The position numbers were made by a program, and so were the translations under genes. Positions 45,931 to 60,059 of a DNA stretch of 64,000 nucleotides are shown one piece after another. The notes under the pieces were generated by a model. It was not told the DNA's origin, ran no database searches, and worked only from the letters and a program-made list of their open reading frames with translations. The DNA comes from Octopus vulgaris (lineage: Eukaryota). Each line of letters begins with the position of its first letter. The first letter of the stretch is position 1. The stretch covers positions 44,330,001 to 44,394,000 of the forward strand of contig OX597833.1 in assembly GCA_951406725.2 (NCBI GenBank), read 5' to 3'.

Positions 45931-46110
45931 CCCTCCCTCGTTCTCCCTTACTTCCTCTCTTTCTGCTTTGAGAAGTAGACAGGTAGACAGGTAGAATATA
46001 TATATATAAAAAGCAATTTAAAAGAAACTAAGAACGAGATACTCACGCGCTCCTACTCACACTTTCACGCAACACGCGCACATGCACACATACACACACA
46101 CTCACACACA
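45750..46110. repeat. Tandem copy of the gene B upstream block (44595-44960)
   Basis: GAAGTCGAAATAGTCAAACAAC...GAAGTGTGAGTGAAGCTGAGATTGTTCC repeated. Confidence 0.8.
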
Positions 46111-48926
46111 CACATACACACAGACCATCAGATGTTGTTACACATCGCTGGTCACAATGCGTTCGCATTGTTTTAGCCTTCGAATGACGCCACCCCGCTG
46201 GCTAAGCGAGCAGGCCAACAGAAGAACGAGTGGGAGAAAGAGTGGTGAAAGAGTACTGCAGGGATCACCACCCCCTGCCGGAGCGTCGTGGAACTTTTAG
46301 GTGTTTTCGCTCAATAAACACTCACAACGCCCGGTCTGGGAATCGAAACCGCGATCCTGCGACCGCGAGTCCGCTGAACTAACCACAGAGCCATTGCGCC
46401 TCCACTTTTATTGAAATTATCAATAATGATATGGGTCCCGGTATATTGCAACATATCTTCATCACTATTTATCAAATACTCGGCAAGCATTCTACTTTCA
46501 TTCCTTATACAATGGTCTATACTAATAAGTTGAATAACGAAATAGTTTTCTCCCAACCAATCACGTCAGATCCTAAAGATATTTTTGTAGATTTTCAAAA
46601 TGTTCAACATGTTGTGAGGTGGAGGTGGCGTGCCATAGTTTCAGTGTTATAACTATGCAGTATTCCTTAATTAAGATTATTCAGTAGACTGAAACTAGAG
46701 ATCACCTACATATCACATTTGACGGGAAATTGCCGAAAGCAATGTAGTTCGTTAATTATTTGATAAACTAATTGAGTAATTATGCGTGCGAACCAATATA
46801 TAGTGATGAAATCGCTCAAGAAGTCATTCCAAAAGGAGCCTTGAATCTAGGTTAGAAACTGGCTCTTTTTCTATTTTCAATAAATCTTGAAATAAAACCG
46901 AACAATGACATACATAGAATCATGTGCTCTTAATACTGAAAAAACAACAACCAATAACTGTTGAACAAAGAACTCAGTACACTATATAAAGGAAATATTT
47001 ATTTATTACGGAAAAAGTTGACTCTGTTTCGAATATGCGCAAAAGATGTTCATCAAACAGCAGTCTGTAAAAATAAACAATTATCGACATATAGAGAAAC
47101 TATACTTGAGTTAAAAAGATAGCATATACAAATGGATAAGTTTAGAAGTTCACACACAGACATATACTGTATATACATGTATATGTATATACATTTATGC
47201 AGGGACATACAGATAGGCAGACAGATAAATAGCTAGTATGCATATATATATATATATATATATATAGTTGAAATTAATAGAAAAACAAAAGACAAGACAT
47301 GTGTATGAACAACAAGCAGGTGTATTAGTTTGACGCTCGGGAAAATAAAAAAAGACTTTTACGTTTCGAACCTATGCTCTTCACTAAAAAGGAATAAGAG
47401 AAAATAAAAAGAGAGAGAATGAAAGAAAATGTATTTATGGAACAAAGGCAGGAACTCAACACATTTATTGGGAGTTACATGTCTGGATCAAAACAGTGTG
47501 TTTCAAATTCCTTGGTACTCCGAGTTTCAAAATGTGAAGCTAATCCTTAGCCATCGGAAATTTGAATTAGAGAACAGTTGGAAAAAGTCGATCATTGTTA
47601 CTGAAAGGTACGCTGCGAATAATCCAGAAAGGTCACGCGGTGTCACGGTTTGATGTTAGTATTTCAGCGACAACAATTATCTGGAAAATACTGCATGGTG
47701 ATCAGGAAATACATACTTACATATCTACATGTATGTATGCATGCATGTACTTAAGTCTGTAGTTTTGTATGTATATTTCAAAATGTGTGTATAAATAAAT
47801 TTAGGAGTGCTACGTTTCTGTTTAAAGCTTCACATATGTTAACATAATCCAACCTGCTTCCTGTACAGTTAAGTGACTGCTTGCTAATTATCAGGGAAAA
47901 TGTAGGAGATAAAGATGAGCCCGTAAATGACGTACCAAGGGTAATTATATACTGAATCAGAAAGAGGTCATCAGGGAACATATTATTTCGTCTTTTTACA
48001 GATAACTATGTCCAGCGTTTGATAAATGGCAAGGCATTTTATAAGTATTTCGAGAGGGAAATAGAAGGAAAGTAATTGGACGAAAAGAAAGTATAAACTA
48101 TTCTTTTCTTTCTTTCTTTCTTTCTTTCTTCTTCTTCCTTCTTCCTAATTTCCATTTTACTATTTTCGTTGCAATTTTCTTTCTTTTCCTTTCTTTTCTT
48201 ATTCTCTAGTTGTTCTCTCTCTCTCTCACTCTCTCTCACTTACTCTCTCTTACTCTCTCACTCTCTTACTCGCACTTTCTGACTTTCTTTCACTCTCCCA
48301 CTCCCTTTCTTTCTTTCTCTCTCTCTTTCTCTTATTCTAATTCTGTCACTTTCTCTTGCACCTTGTTATAATTTTTAGCTTTAATCCCTTAAATCCTCTC
48401 TCCCTCACATAAACACATTTGCTTCATTCAGATAGCATTGATAAAGACATATCACTTCAAACCTATAACAACTATGGAGACAAGAGTCATACAATCTCAA
48501 CTCTTCTGCCTCTTCTGTCGATCATTCACACCGTATAGAATCCATCATTATCCTCCAATGTGATTATTTTAATCCCACAGATAAATCATATCATATACAA
48601 CAGCTTGACAGTTTTTGTAATATTTTTTTCGGATACATTTTTATATGTTGCTAATATTTATTTATTGTTTTCCTGCTATTTTCTCATGTTTTATTATATT
48701 TTCCTATTCTTTTATTTGTTTCAGTCATTTGACTGCGGCCATGCTGGAGCACCGCCTTTAGCCGAACAAATCGACCCTAGGACTTATTCTTTGTAAGCCT
48801 AGTACTTATCCTATCGTTCTCTTTTGCCGAACCGCCACGTTACGTGGTCAAAGGTTGTCAAACGATGGTGGGGGACAAACACAGATACACAAACACACAC
48901 ACACATAGATACACGCAAACACACAC

Positions 48927-48985
<59 letters not shown>

Positions 48986-51046
48986 CGACGGGCTTCTATC
49001 AGTTTCCGTCTACCAAATCCACTTACAAGGCTTTGCTCGGACCGAGGCTATAGTAGGAGGCACTTGCCTAAGGTGCCACGCATTGGGACTGAACCGCAAA
49101 CCATGTGGTTGGTAAACAAGCTGCATACCACCCAGCCATGCCTGCGCCTATTTTATAGTAATGTTATATTATATTTCATAGCATAATTAATATTTTGATT
49201 GTAATTTTCATTTTATTATTTATATTTGTACATAAGTTCATACTGGTGAGATATCATTTTTGGGCATTACACGTTTTTTCTGATATATATGAAATTACTT
49301 ATAATAGCTTGATTTTATATCTACTTTTGGGACTTTTATGCTTTCGGATGGTCAAGTCTACATCATTGGACGCAAATAGAAGTTGCTTGTGTTATTTCAA
49401 AGTTTTCTTTCCCCAGAGAGAGGACTATGCAAAGACTAGGGAATCTCTGACAGATTTCGTTATTTTTTCTGCAGGACAACCAACAAAAATCACCCTCCTT
49501 ACAAAACAGACTTAATAACGTTACAGATTTAGTTGCCGATAGATATTTCATACGATGGGTTATATATTACCAGCAGTACTAGATTTACCTGACACGCTAT
49601 ACGTACATACAAATTGCTTTGACTTTCACTTGGAGAATATTGCTGACACAGAGAGGGAAGTCTTGCTTGCATAAGCAAAGCAATTTTCGCTCTCTTATTT
49701 CTGTCATCTACTTTCATCCTCATAAAAAAATAAGGTTTGGATGCTATGGAATGAGATGTAAAAAAGAGAAAAATTATTTACCTAATTTCTTTGTCTGAGT
49801 CATTCCATTTTCTTTGGCTTCCTTCTATATAAAGATGGGACATTTAAGACATTAATTTAGCTTTCAATTTGAAACATTGGACTGTTAAAGCAGATGTATT
49901 GTTTTATAATTCGGATCAAAGTGGAATGTGTAGTATGTGTACAAGTAGAATTACTTTCAATAACTTTAAAGCAAAAATTGCAAAAGAGACACTACAATGT
50001 GTTCTTGAACAAAGCTGTGTATAAACTATATACTGCATAGTTACTTGCAAAAGAGCGGCATCAATATATCTACTTAATGATTTGCGTGTCGTCCACGTAA
50101 AGGGAGATAACTTCAATGAATACTCTACTATAACGTGGTGTTGAAATGACGTATTTACGTGGTAACCTCATGTACTGGGATGTGAAGGAGTTGAAATGGT
50201 ATTAATAGTGGTCATGGTAGTGATGGTGATGGTATGCATGAATGGATTAAGGCGGCGAGCTGGCAGAATCGTTAGGACGGTGGACGAAATGCTTAGCGGT
50301 ATTTCGTCTGCCGTTACGTTGTGAGTTCAAATCCCGCCGATGTCGACTTTGTCTTTCATCCTTTCGGGGTCGATAAATTAAGTACCAGTTACGCACTGGG
50401 GTCGATGTAATCGACTTAATACCTATGTATGTCCTTGTTTGTTCCCTCTATGTTTAGCCCCTTGTGGGTAATAAAGAAATAGGTATGCATGAATGAATGT
50501 TGGTAGTAGGTCTGTAGAATGGTGGCAGCATAGAATGATGACGAGTGATGGAAGCAGTTTCTAGAAGTGAATTTCATTATGTGACAAAATGTTTACTAGA
50601 TTTTTTTTTATATTTTGTTTATTCAGAGCAGTGTTATTTTCTTATTGCCTCTGCCTAAACATTTATAGGAGATGGCTATTTTCTTCAAAGTTTGCTTTTG
50701 TGTTCTCAATAATGATATTTCGAAATTTATCTATTTTCCAGAACACTCTAAGAAAATTATAAAGAATTTTCTCAAATTATCGAGAAATTTCAAGAACCTT
50801 TCAGAATCTTTTAGGATTTTCAAGAAATTTTCTATATTTTCTTAGAACTTACAAAAACGGAAATCGTAAAGAAAATGCAAATATCTGAAGCTGACAATTT
50901 CAATTTCGTTCCATCTACCAAAGTTGTGTAGGCCTAGCTTTAATTAAAAGCAATGAGGTCAAGCGGCTGCTATAACGCTGCAGGCGCACTTTATCTTTGG
51001 TTAATATAATCAAGTCAAAGTGAAAATCTGACTTAAGTTGGATAAA

Positions 51047-51645
51047 GGCGGCGAGCTGGCAGAAACGTTAGCACGCCGGACGAAATGCTTAGCGGTATTT
51101 CGTCTGTCTCTACGTTCTGAGATCAAATTCCGCCGAGGTCGACTTTGCCTTTCATCCTTTCGGGGTCAATTAAATAAGTACCAGTTACGCACTGGGGTCG
51201 ATATAATCGACTTAATCCGTGTCTGTCCTTGTTTGTCCCCTCTGTGTTTAGCCCCTTGTGGGTAGTAAAGAAATAAGTAATTCGTCTGTCTCTACGTTCT
51301 GAGATCAAATTCCGCCGAGGTCGACTTTGCCTTTCATCCTTTCGGGGTCAATTAAATAAGTACCAGTTACGCACTGGGGTCGATATAATCGACTTAATCC
51401 GTGTCTGTCCTTGTTTGTCCCCTCTGTGTTTAGCCCCTTGTGGGTAGTAAAGAAATAAGTAATTCGTCTGCCGCTACGTTCTGAGTTCAAATTCCGCCGA
51501 GGTCGACTTTACCTTTCATCCTTTAAGGGCCGATTAAATAAGTACCAGTTACGCACTGGGGTCGATATAATCGACTTAATCCGTTTGTCTGCCCTTGTTT
51601 GTCCCGTTTGTGTGTAGCCCCTTGTGGGCAGTAAAGAAATAAAAT
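51047..51645 (+). repeat. SINE with internal tandem triplication (about 182-bp unit)
   Basis: Head GGCGGCGAGCTGGCAGAAACGTTAGC; unit starting TCGTCTG at about 51100, 51282 and 51464. Single copies at about 24138, 50250 and 56235. Confidence 0.85.
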
Positions 51646-51826
51646 TAAGTTGCATACGTTGGATATTATAGTCTTAGTTGTACTATTCCTGAAAGAAAAA
51701 AAAAGAACAGATGGGATTTTCACGGCTAGAATACCTTCAATCCTCTACCTGTTAGATCTGGGCTGAATTAAGGCTAAATGACCACTGTTACAATAAAATA
51801 CTAAGGTAACAATTAAAAAAATTAAT

Positions 51827-52155
51827 TTACCTCCTAATATACATTACTTTGCTCACACGTGTATAAATTGCACCATAAGGTGTTTTACATGTGAGGTTTC
51901 TTGAATAGTTGTCACCGATATCCTCATAGAAAGGATAAATTGATGTTACCCTAGAATAACATTTCTTCGGAGCAGGAACTTTTGGGTAATCATAGCGTGT
52001 TTTATTGTTTATTTTGGGGCCGGATAATGTCCATACGATCGTTAAATTTTTAGGACTGGGCTGGATGACAAATACCATACATCTGAAGACTGAATGTAAC
52101 CTGCCCCTTGCTATCGTTCGGTTGTAAACTGTGATTGTCCGGGCGGTAGATCTGG
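51827..52155 (-). CDS. Gene A, Ig-like domain 2 exon (RSTARTITV...SVFRC...IVW...KCY...NLTCK...YIRR)
   Basis: TTTCTTTTCAG acceptor before 52155, phase 1, open frame with Ig C-W-C spacing; aligns with the 32446 exon (SVFRC/SIFRC, KCYSRVTSI/KCYVLVESI). Ends either at AG|GTAAAT (51831, phase 2) or at the TAA ending at 51827. Confidence 0.8.
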
Positions 52156-52619
52156 CTGAAAAGAAAATGCGTTAATATAGAAAAAAGGTTAGAATAATAT
52201 TGTTGTATTTAGGGATGGTCATTTTCTTGGACTTGATATCCGGACAGATTGCCTGACGAAAGAACTCTGGCCGAAATAAGATTAAGATTAATGTAAAAAA
52301 TATATAATTTAGCCAATAAAAACACACGCACTATATATATGGTGTTCATTTGCTTCAGCTTTATATATTTTTTACATTAATCTTAATCTTATTTCGGCCA
52401 GAGTTCTTTCGTCAGGCAATCAGTCCCGATATCAAGTCCAAGAAAATTTAACGTATATAAGGAAATACTGACTGCAATAAACAATGATAATGAACAATTA
52501 AAAAATAAGGTTAAAGCAAGTACCAACGGCGTCCAATTTACAAACATAACCATAAGACTCCAGAAAATATTGCCATTTATAAAATAGATAAAATGAACTA
52601 CATCATCTTTAAAAACTAC

Positions 52620-55600
52620 CACCCATCTGACATGGGTCCTCCAAGACTTGATTTTAACAAGTCGATGTAAGAGGCCCCGTGTCAGAAATCACTCCACGAA
52701 CAAGTGAAAAAAGGAGTACCACTGACTAAGGTAAGTCTATGTCAAGCATTCACGTTGGATGTATAAATGTGCGTAGCTTGATGTCTAGTTGGAAGCGGGA
52801 TTTAGATGATGTTGTTACTACAGTAACCCGGTTGAAGGGGGCAAGAGATCTGCTCCCATTGTTTGACGGTTACGAGAGTTTCATCTCTCCGTGCTGTCCT
52901 CATAGCGGGAGTGGGGTGTTGGTCCTATTAAAAAGAAAACGGGTTTCTGTGAAAAAGTTGATTTTTGCAAATCCAGAAGTTAGGCTGGTCGCCATTAGAT
53001 TGGTTGCAATTTATGCATCTCAAAATACGAGGCAAACTGAGTATTATCGGAACCTTGAGATGTTTCTTGGTACATCCCTTAGTTGTGCTAAGAGACTATA
53101 ACACAATCTGCGATGCATGTGTAGATTGTGTTGGCTCGTGTGTTAATAGAAGTAATGCTTGTTTCCAGGATCTACTAAGACGTTTTGAGCTGATAGATCC
53201 GTGCACACTAGAATTTCCTAGCGCTCCATTGTGGACATGGGCAAATAGAGACAGATCTTCCAGGCCTTATTTAGATAGAATATTAATTAGAAAAGCAGAT
53301 AAGAAGATAGCTAGGTGTCCACAGTTTCACATGGTCAGCTACAGTGATCACAAGATGGACAGCTGTAAACTCGACATAGGTAAGTTATATAGAGGTCCCG
53401 GCTACTGGAAACTTAATACGTCCCTTTTGGCGATTAAGGAGTAGAGAGACCGGATTAGGATGTTAATTCAAAGGGCATTAACCGGATACTTTATTAAGAA
53501 CAATTGCTTGCATGCCCTCAAGCGAGCCATTAAATATGAGTCCATTAGATGCAGCATATGTTTAGTGGCTAGAGAGGCTAGAAAGAAATCAGCTCTAGTC
53601 AAGGACTTTGAGGAAGCAATGCGAACTGGCTCTGCGGCTTAGCTGAAGGCCAACAGACCGGTGTTAAACTAGCACCTCGAAGTCAAACACATGGGTTGCA
53701 TTTTCAGGACTAGACAACGTGCAATGGGTTACGATGGAATCAATGGTGCAGGATGGGCCCGAGTAGTGGAAGCCCAACGTGGAAATAATGCCACAATTCG
53801 ATCTTTGACGAACCAACAAGATAAGTTGGTAGACGAACTCGAGGGGATCTGTGAGGTCTTTCAGGACCGCTTCGCCTAGCTTTTCGGGGGATTCGGTGGG
53901 CTGGAGTGTAAGAAGGACGTAACGGACTTCCTCGCCGGGCTGCCGCGCCTCTCGGAGCAGGATGGGAGGTGTAGTGAGGGGGTGATCACGCTTGAGGAGG
54001 TAAAAGAGACCATGGCAGACTGCGACGCCGGTAAGGCGCCGGGGCTGGATGGTCTACCTTATGAGCTGTATAAAAGAATGCCAGACTTGTTCGGACACTT
54101 ATTGGAGAGTGTCTACGCGAACTGGCAACAGAATGGGCTCATCCCCAAATCTGTACACCGGGGAATGGTGACGCTCCTCAGAAAGGACCCGAATAAGGGG
54201 GATGTCATTGATAATTTTAAGCCCATCATTCTGCTCAACACAGAGCTGAAGATTTTGGCCAAAGTGTTATGGAAAAGATTGGTACGTGTCGCGGATGGGC
54301 TGCACAGATTTGTGCCATCTCCGGTAGATCCATTCAGGATAATCTCTATCTTATGCGATACACTACTGAGGGAATCAATAACGATTCCGGCAAGGTAGAA
54401 GCAGTGGTTCATTTAGACCAATCAAAAGCTTTTGATAGGGTCGGCCATCACTTGCTGGGGTCCGTTCTGGCACAGTTTGGCCTGGGTCTTGGATTCCTCA
54501 GGTGGATCATTCAAATGTATGACAACATTGGCTCGGTAGTTCGGGTGAACGGCCTTCTTTATAGGCCGTTCCACGTCAAATGCTCGGTTCGTCAAGGATG
54601 TCCGTTCTGCATGTTTTTGCATGTGATGGCTCTTGAGGCATTGCTGCGAAAGCTGAGCTGCATTCCGAGACAGCCAGGTTGTGAGATGTTGGTTTCAGCC
54701 TACGCGGATGACATCACCATCATCGTGACCAAAATGGTTCACCTATAGAAGGTAGGCAAGGCCATTGAGGAATACGAGACAGTGACAGGAGCAAAAGTTA
54801 ATCGTAAAAAATCAGTCGGCTTGCAGCTCGGCACCTGGAGAGGCAAGTCGATACCTCCTGACAGTGTCGTAGGACGTTTGACGGAGGATCCGATTAAGTT
54901 GCTAGGAGTTTGATTCGGACCAGACCTCCAAATAGAGAAGAATTGGGCCGAGGTATCGAGCAGGGTGACCCACATTGCCATGACATGGTCATGGTGGTGG
55001 CTATCTCTGAAAGGGAGGGCGGAGGTGGCCAATGCGTTTATCGCATCGGTCATCACATACCACCTAACCGTCGTGACTTGTCCTGATTCGTGGTTGATCA
55101 AGCTGAAAAGACAGCTCTTCCACTTCTTTTGGCAGGGCTCGAAAATAGAGACGCCCTATTTGCTGTCAACAACAGTTAAATGGTGGGCTAGGGATGCCTT
55201 GGCTATTGATGCACAGATATAAGCTGAAGCTGAGGCACCTGTGACTCTACTTGGATGGTGAACGGGTGTGGTCTTCGCTGGCGCAACAGATGTTTCCCAG
55301 GTTCACTAGTTTCGGTGGACGGGAAACCTGGTTCAATCGGAGATCGATGTTGGGTATACGAAGTGTCACAAGGCACTCTTGCTTTTCCGTCGCTCGGGCA
55401 ATGCCTGTGGTAGTGGTTTCACCGCTGTCATTTATTGAGGGTTTGCAGAGGCGGAATGCTATGATACATTGAGGGAGATACTAGGTTTTGACGATAATCA
55501 GCTGGCCAGTCTGTTCCAACGTATATTTGAGTCGAAGACCCTGGATAATTTTCATAAGTCTTCGGCATGTCAATGTTACCGCGGAGACTTACCTGTCCGG

Positions 55601-56230
55601 GATAAACTCTCAAGTAACTGTGACCGAGACACTCCGATCTGTCCAAGATGTGGGCAGGACAAGGAAACCGTCCCGCACGCTATTGTTCAGTGCCCGGAAG
55701 TGTCTGACGTGTGGGTTTATACCGAACAACTGATATCAGGTGGAGGAATCTACAGTGAAAATTAACCCACCGGGTTTCTTACCGAAAGAAGGCAAGAATT
55801 GTTTTCTCTCTGTAGTAGCAACTGCGAGGGGGATTATATGGAGGAGAAGAATGAAAGGTGCCTTCATTTCTGGCCCTAATCTGGTGATGTTTTTAATCTT
55901 CCACCTAAAAAATTAAATAGGGCTGGAGAGGAGATGTTTGACTGAAGACATGTTTACAAAAAAATGGAAGTATGTCGCACGAATGTTGGGCATGAAAGGC
56001 TCCGCGTGAATGCAATATGGGTTAAAAACCCAGAACAGTGGCAAGGCGGGATTCGTGGGGTCCGTTATAAACCTGACTCCACTTCATCTGTTATGTCTTA
56101 TTATGTCCTATCATCATCTGTATTATATATAATGTATTTAGAATTTTTAAAAGGACCCCAATCGCATTTCATCTAAAATCAATCGATTTCATTGTGCTGT
56201 CCCTTCTATGTATGTCCTTATGGATAATAC
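52620..56230 (+). mobile_element. Tx1/L1-clade LINE ORF2 (AP endonuclease + RT + CCHC), decayed, antisense within the gene A Ig1-Ig2 intron
   Basis: INVRSL, LDRIL, SDHK, PGYWKLN, KAPGLDGLP, LDQSKAFDRV, SVRQGCP, AYADDIT, CPRC...ETVPH...C; many stops and frameshifts. Confidence 0.88.
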
Positions 56231-56524
56231 AATGTTAAGAATCGTTAGCATGCCAGGCGAAATGCTTAGCAGTATTTCGTCTGTCTTTACGTTCTTAGTT
56301 CAAATTCTGCCGAGATCGATTTGCCTTACATCCTTTCGGGGTCGATAACTTAAGTACCAGTTGCGTATTGGGGTCGATCAAATCGACTGGCCCCCTTCCC
56401 CAAAATTTCGGGCCTTGTGCCTAGAGTAGAAAAGAATATTTATATATATATATATATATATATGCGTGGAAGAGAATCTCGATTATCTCCCAGTGATGAT
56501 CTGTAATGCACTATATATATATAT

Positions 56525-56559
<35 letters not shown>

Positions 56560-56690
56560 TATAAGACTAAAAGCTGTCGCTGATTAGCTCCATGAGGCCA
56601 TCGCCTTAAGATAGCTATTTGACACACAAACTGTGTCCATTATAACCTTCGAACAAGGGAGGTCAGCCGCTTCACACTGCCAGTCAGACA

Positions 56691-56733
56691 GCTACAGACG
56701 CGTTTAAGGGTATTTGCCCTTTGTCAATGTAGC
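56691..56733 (-). ncRNA. Degenerate Penelope-type minimal hammerhead ribozyme relic
   Basis: GCTACA-TTGACAA-AGGGcaaataCCCT-TAAA-CGCG-TC-TGTAGC: stems I and II and palindromic stem III intact; core deviates from CUGANGA/GAAA at three positions. Confidence 0.5.
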
Positions 56734-57291
56734 GTAGTCAGACCCAGCAGGTGTCGCCACTGACCGTCTCTGTTCGAAGGTTTTATTTACCTAGTTTCGG
56801 TGGAATACATCCACTTGTTTTCAATAATAGAAATATTAAAATTACTAAATCTCTCTAAAAGAGATTACGGCAGCGTTACTGGAAATTAATTGTTATCGCC
56901 ATATTAATATGGCAGTCTTATTTGCCCTTTGTCAATGTCAGACCCAGCGATAACAATTAATTTCCAGTAACGCCGAATTTAGCCATTTACATGAGTTGTT
57001 CTTATCATAAATTTGTTTAAATTTGACTAATTAAAATTTCTTGTCCTTCTACATCAACTACCCTAATGTCTTCTTCACACTACATAAAATGGATCAACTA
57101 GGTATTGTACAAAATAATTTATTGCCTTATAAAAGAGAGACCCAAACGACTGTGGCAGGTGCAGAATATCTACACATAAAAACATATACATCTTTGCTTG
57201 ACAATGCAGTAAAAATACACAATGCAAAATAAAACTACTGAAGATTAATAATAACGCAGGTGAATAAGTGAAAAAGCCGGGTAACACTTAC

Positions 57292-57615
57292 CTTTAAAGC
57301 CTTTCGGGGATGAAGATGCTTCGGATGTTACACATGTGTAGTCTCCTACATCATTGCATTTGGGAGTGGCTTTCAAACACTTAATACTACCTACGTTACT
57401 TGTAGGTAAACTACAGTCGAAACCTTTGGTAGCTTTTATTTTTTTATATTTATGGTCGCTCGTGGAATATTTTATATGTACAACTGTTTTTTTGTTTCGT
57501 TGGAGTTTGAAGTAAGGAAGACTTTTCACCTCATACTTGCATGTTATTGTAATATGTCCCGTCCTTCTAATTTCAAAAACACCATCTGATGGTGTTATTT
57601 TTGAAATCGTAATAG
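57292..57615 (-). CDS. Gene A, Ig-like domain 1 exon (ITISKITPSDG...ITITCKY...FDC...KC...CNDVGDYTC...GFK)
   Basis: TTTTAG acceptor, GTAAGT donor, 324 nt (multiple of 3), phase 1-1, open; B-strand Cys and DxGxYxC F-strand motif; paralogous to exons at 34942 and 2685. Confidence 0.85.
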
Positions 57616-57691
57616 CTAAAAGTAAACATGAATAAGAGAAACATAAATCAGAGAAATGAGAAATACATAATTGCAGTTGTAGAACAATGGC

Positions 57692-58097
57692 GAAGAAGAA
57701 GAAGAAGAAGAAGAAGAAGAAGAAGAAGAAGAAGGAGGAGGAGAAGAAGAAGAAGAAGAAGAAGAAGAAGAAGAAGAAGAAGAAGAAGAAGAAGAAGAAG
57801 ACGAAGAAGAGGAAGAAGGAGAAGAAGGAGGAGGAGAAGAAGAAGAAGAAGAAGAAGAAGAAGAAGAAGACGAAGAAGAAGAAGAAGAAGAAGAAGAAGA
57901 AGAAGAAGATGAAGAAAAAGAAGAAGAAGAAGAAGAAGAAGAAGAATGAATGAAGAAGATGAAGAAAAAGAAGGAGAAGAAGGAGAAGAAGAAGAAGAAG
58001 AAGAAGAAGAAGAAGAAGAAGAAGAAGAAGAAGAAGAAGAAGAAGAAGAAGAAGAAGAAGAAGAAGAAGAAGAAGAAGAACAGAAGAAGAAGAAGAA
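57692..58097. repeat. (GAA)n tract upstream of the gene A Ig1 acceptor
   Basis: Direct inspection. Confidence 0.95.
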
Positions 58098-59785
58098 ATG
58101 AATGATGATAATTGTCTGTCGTAGACTTCAGAAAACGCTTCTCCAGGTTCTTGGCGAATATCCTCCACAAATAATTAGTTTATGTTGAACAAATGTATTT
58201 GTACGTTAACTCCCTCCCTCCATCAAATCGATGTTGCCTGAAAAGGTACACGCTTTACCACATAGCCGGTGTCGATGTGATGGCAGAACAACCTCAGAAC
58301 AACCTCAGAATAAATGTTTTGTTCAAGAATATAACACACAACCAGGTACAGGTATTCATACCAAGATCTCGCGATCGCGAATGGGATCACATGAGAACAA
58401 AACTAAATCAGTATATATTCAGGAATATATACAAACAATAACATGACAGTAATCCATTGAGAAAAAAAGTATAAAACTGAGAAAAATACAGTAGAACAGA
58501 CTAAGAAAACAAAATTTAGCACTGGAAAGTAAAATAAAATCAAAGCGGAAATAAACGAAGTATGAATTACAGAAACAAAAATATTAAATCTGAGGAAGGA
58601 GGGTGGAAGAAGAATAGATAAATGAAAGTGAACAGAAGAATGAATTGCAGGAAAAATGAAATGTCATGCCGACTATAAGAAATTGGTATTAGTTATCTCA
58701 ACGATTATGAAGAATCCTATGAGGTAAAATGCTCAAGGTGTATAAGAGATTCTATGTTTTTCTGAAGCTCAGATATCTATAAGTACAATTATACCTCAAC
58801 CTAACTCGCCAATTGGTTTCAAAACATAATAAGATATAAAGAATGGCGAGTGAGAAACATCGAAAAGACATTTCATACTTCAGGGACTCATTTCTAGGGA
58901 TGGCAATCACTGTTCCGATCACACTGAGGGACTTGAATGGAGGAGTGTATAAGTTGCTAGCTGTTTCTAAAGCAATGGATTAAAAAAGAAACCTATCTAG
59001 GATCGTTTCTGTTTGAAAGCTAAGTAATTAGCTCTATTTACGGAGTCATAGGTACTATTCGTTTTCTATACATTTTGGTAATTGCTTTTTACTTTAGCAC
59101 TAGTTTTACCTTACTGCTATGTATGCCTCTAGGGTACCCCTACATAAAGGAATAACCAATGAATTATTTATCTAGCTCGTTTCCTGGCTGACTCTTTGCC
59201 TATCGACATCAAGCTTCACACTGCAAAATGGTATGATTTTAATATATTGAGCCTTCTGGCCTCATCTCGAAGCTCTGTTCTTTCTTGCTCTTTCCTTTTC
59301 GCTTCATTTATTTTATTTTATTTTATTTTATACATTTCTACTCACTCTGATGAAGTTCCATATACGAGATCGAATGGGCTATACAGAAGGCGAATATTAT
59401 TTTCGGAATTTTCTTTATAAACATCGATTGACATCGGCAGCCGAAACGGCCGTAAGAAATGTAATTAACCGATGTCGCTCAATTTGTTTCTTTGTCTATC
59501 AAACGTTTTCGACATTTTCTGCATATTTATACATACATACATACATACATACATACATACATACATACATACATACATACATACATACATACATACATAC
59601 ATACATACATACATACAAAAATATGCCTCATTTGCTCACAGTTCATGAGAATATCTTGGTCAGATTATGACTTTACTGGCGACCAGTGTACAGGTAGCGT
59701 TACTTTAATGTAAATAAATGCGTGTTATAAGTTTGCGGACCATTAGTGTCTACAAAGTTGGTATTGTACCAATATATATGTATGT

Positions 59786-59866
<81 letters not shown>

Positions 59867-60059
59867 ACAGAGTGAGTATGTGTATATGTGTATGTGTGCG
59901 TGTTTGTGTTGTATATCTATATGCTTGTGTGGGTTGGATAGAGAAATAATTGAGACAGAAAAATACAGTAAGTATGGCAACCAAAGTATGAAATCTAGAA
60001 GAGGAAGATTGAGTGTTGGAGCTGAAAAGGAGATATTAATTTCTTTAACCTTAACTTAC

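Noticed and set aside
47885-50030. Hydrophobic minus-strand stretches as candidate gene A anchors (YPWYVIYGLIFISYIF; SVSFAIFALKLLKVILLVHIL)
   Set aside because: Phases do not fit the 51831 donor without extra assumptions, and there is no similarity to the gene B tail.
51100-51645. CRISPR-like or other prokaryotic array
   Set aside because: Eukaryotic context; contiguous SINE-derived units with no unique spacers.
59331-59463. Second hammerhead (CTGATGA...GAAACGGCCGTA)
   Set aside because: Core halves are about 90 nt apart and stem I is not adjacent to the core; probably a decayed Penelope-type repeat end.
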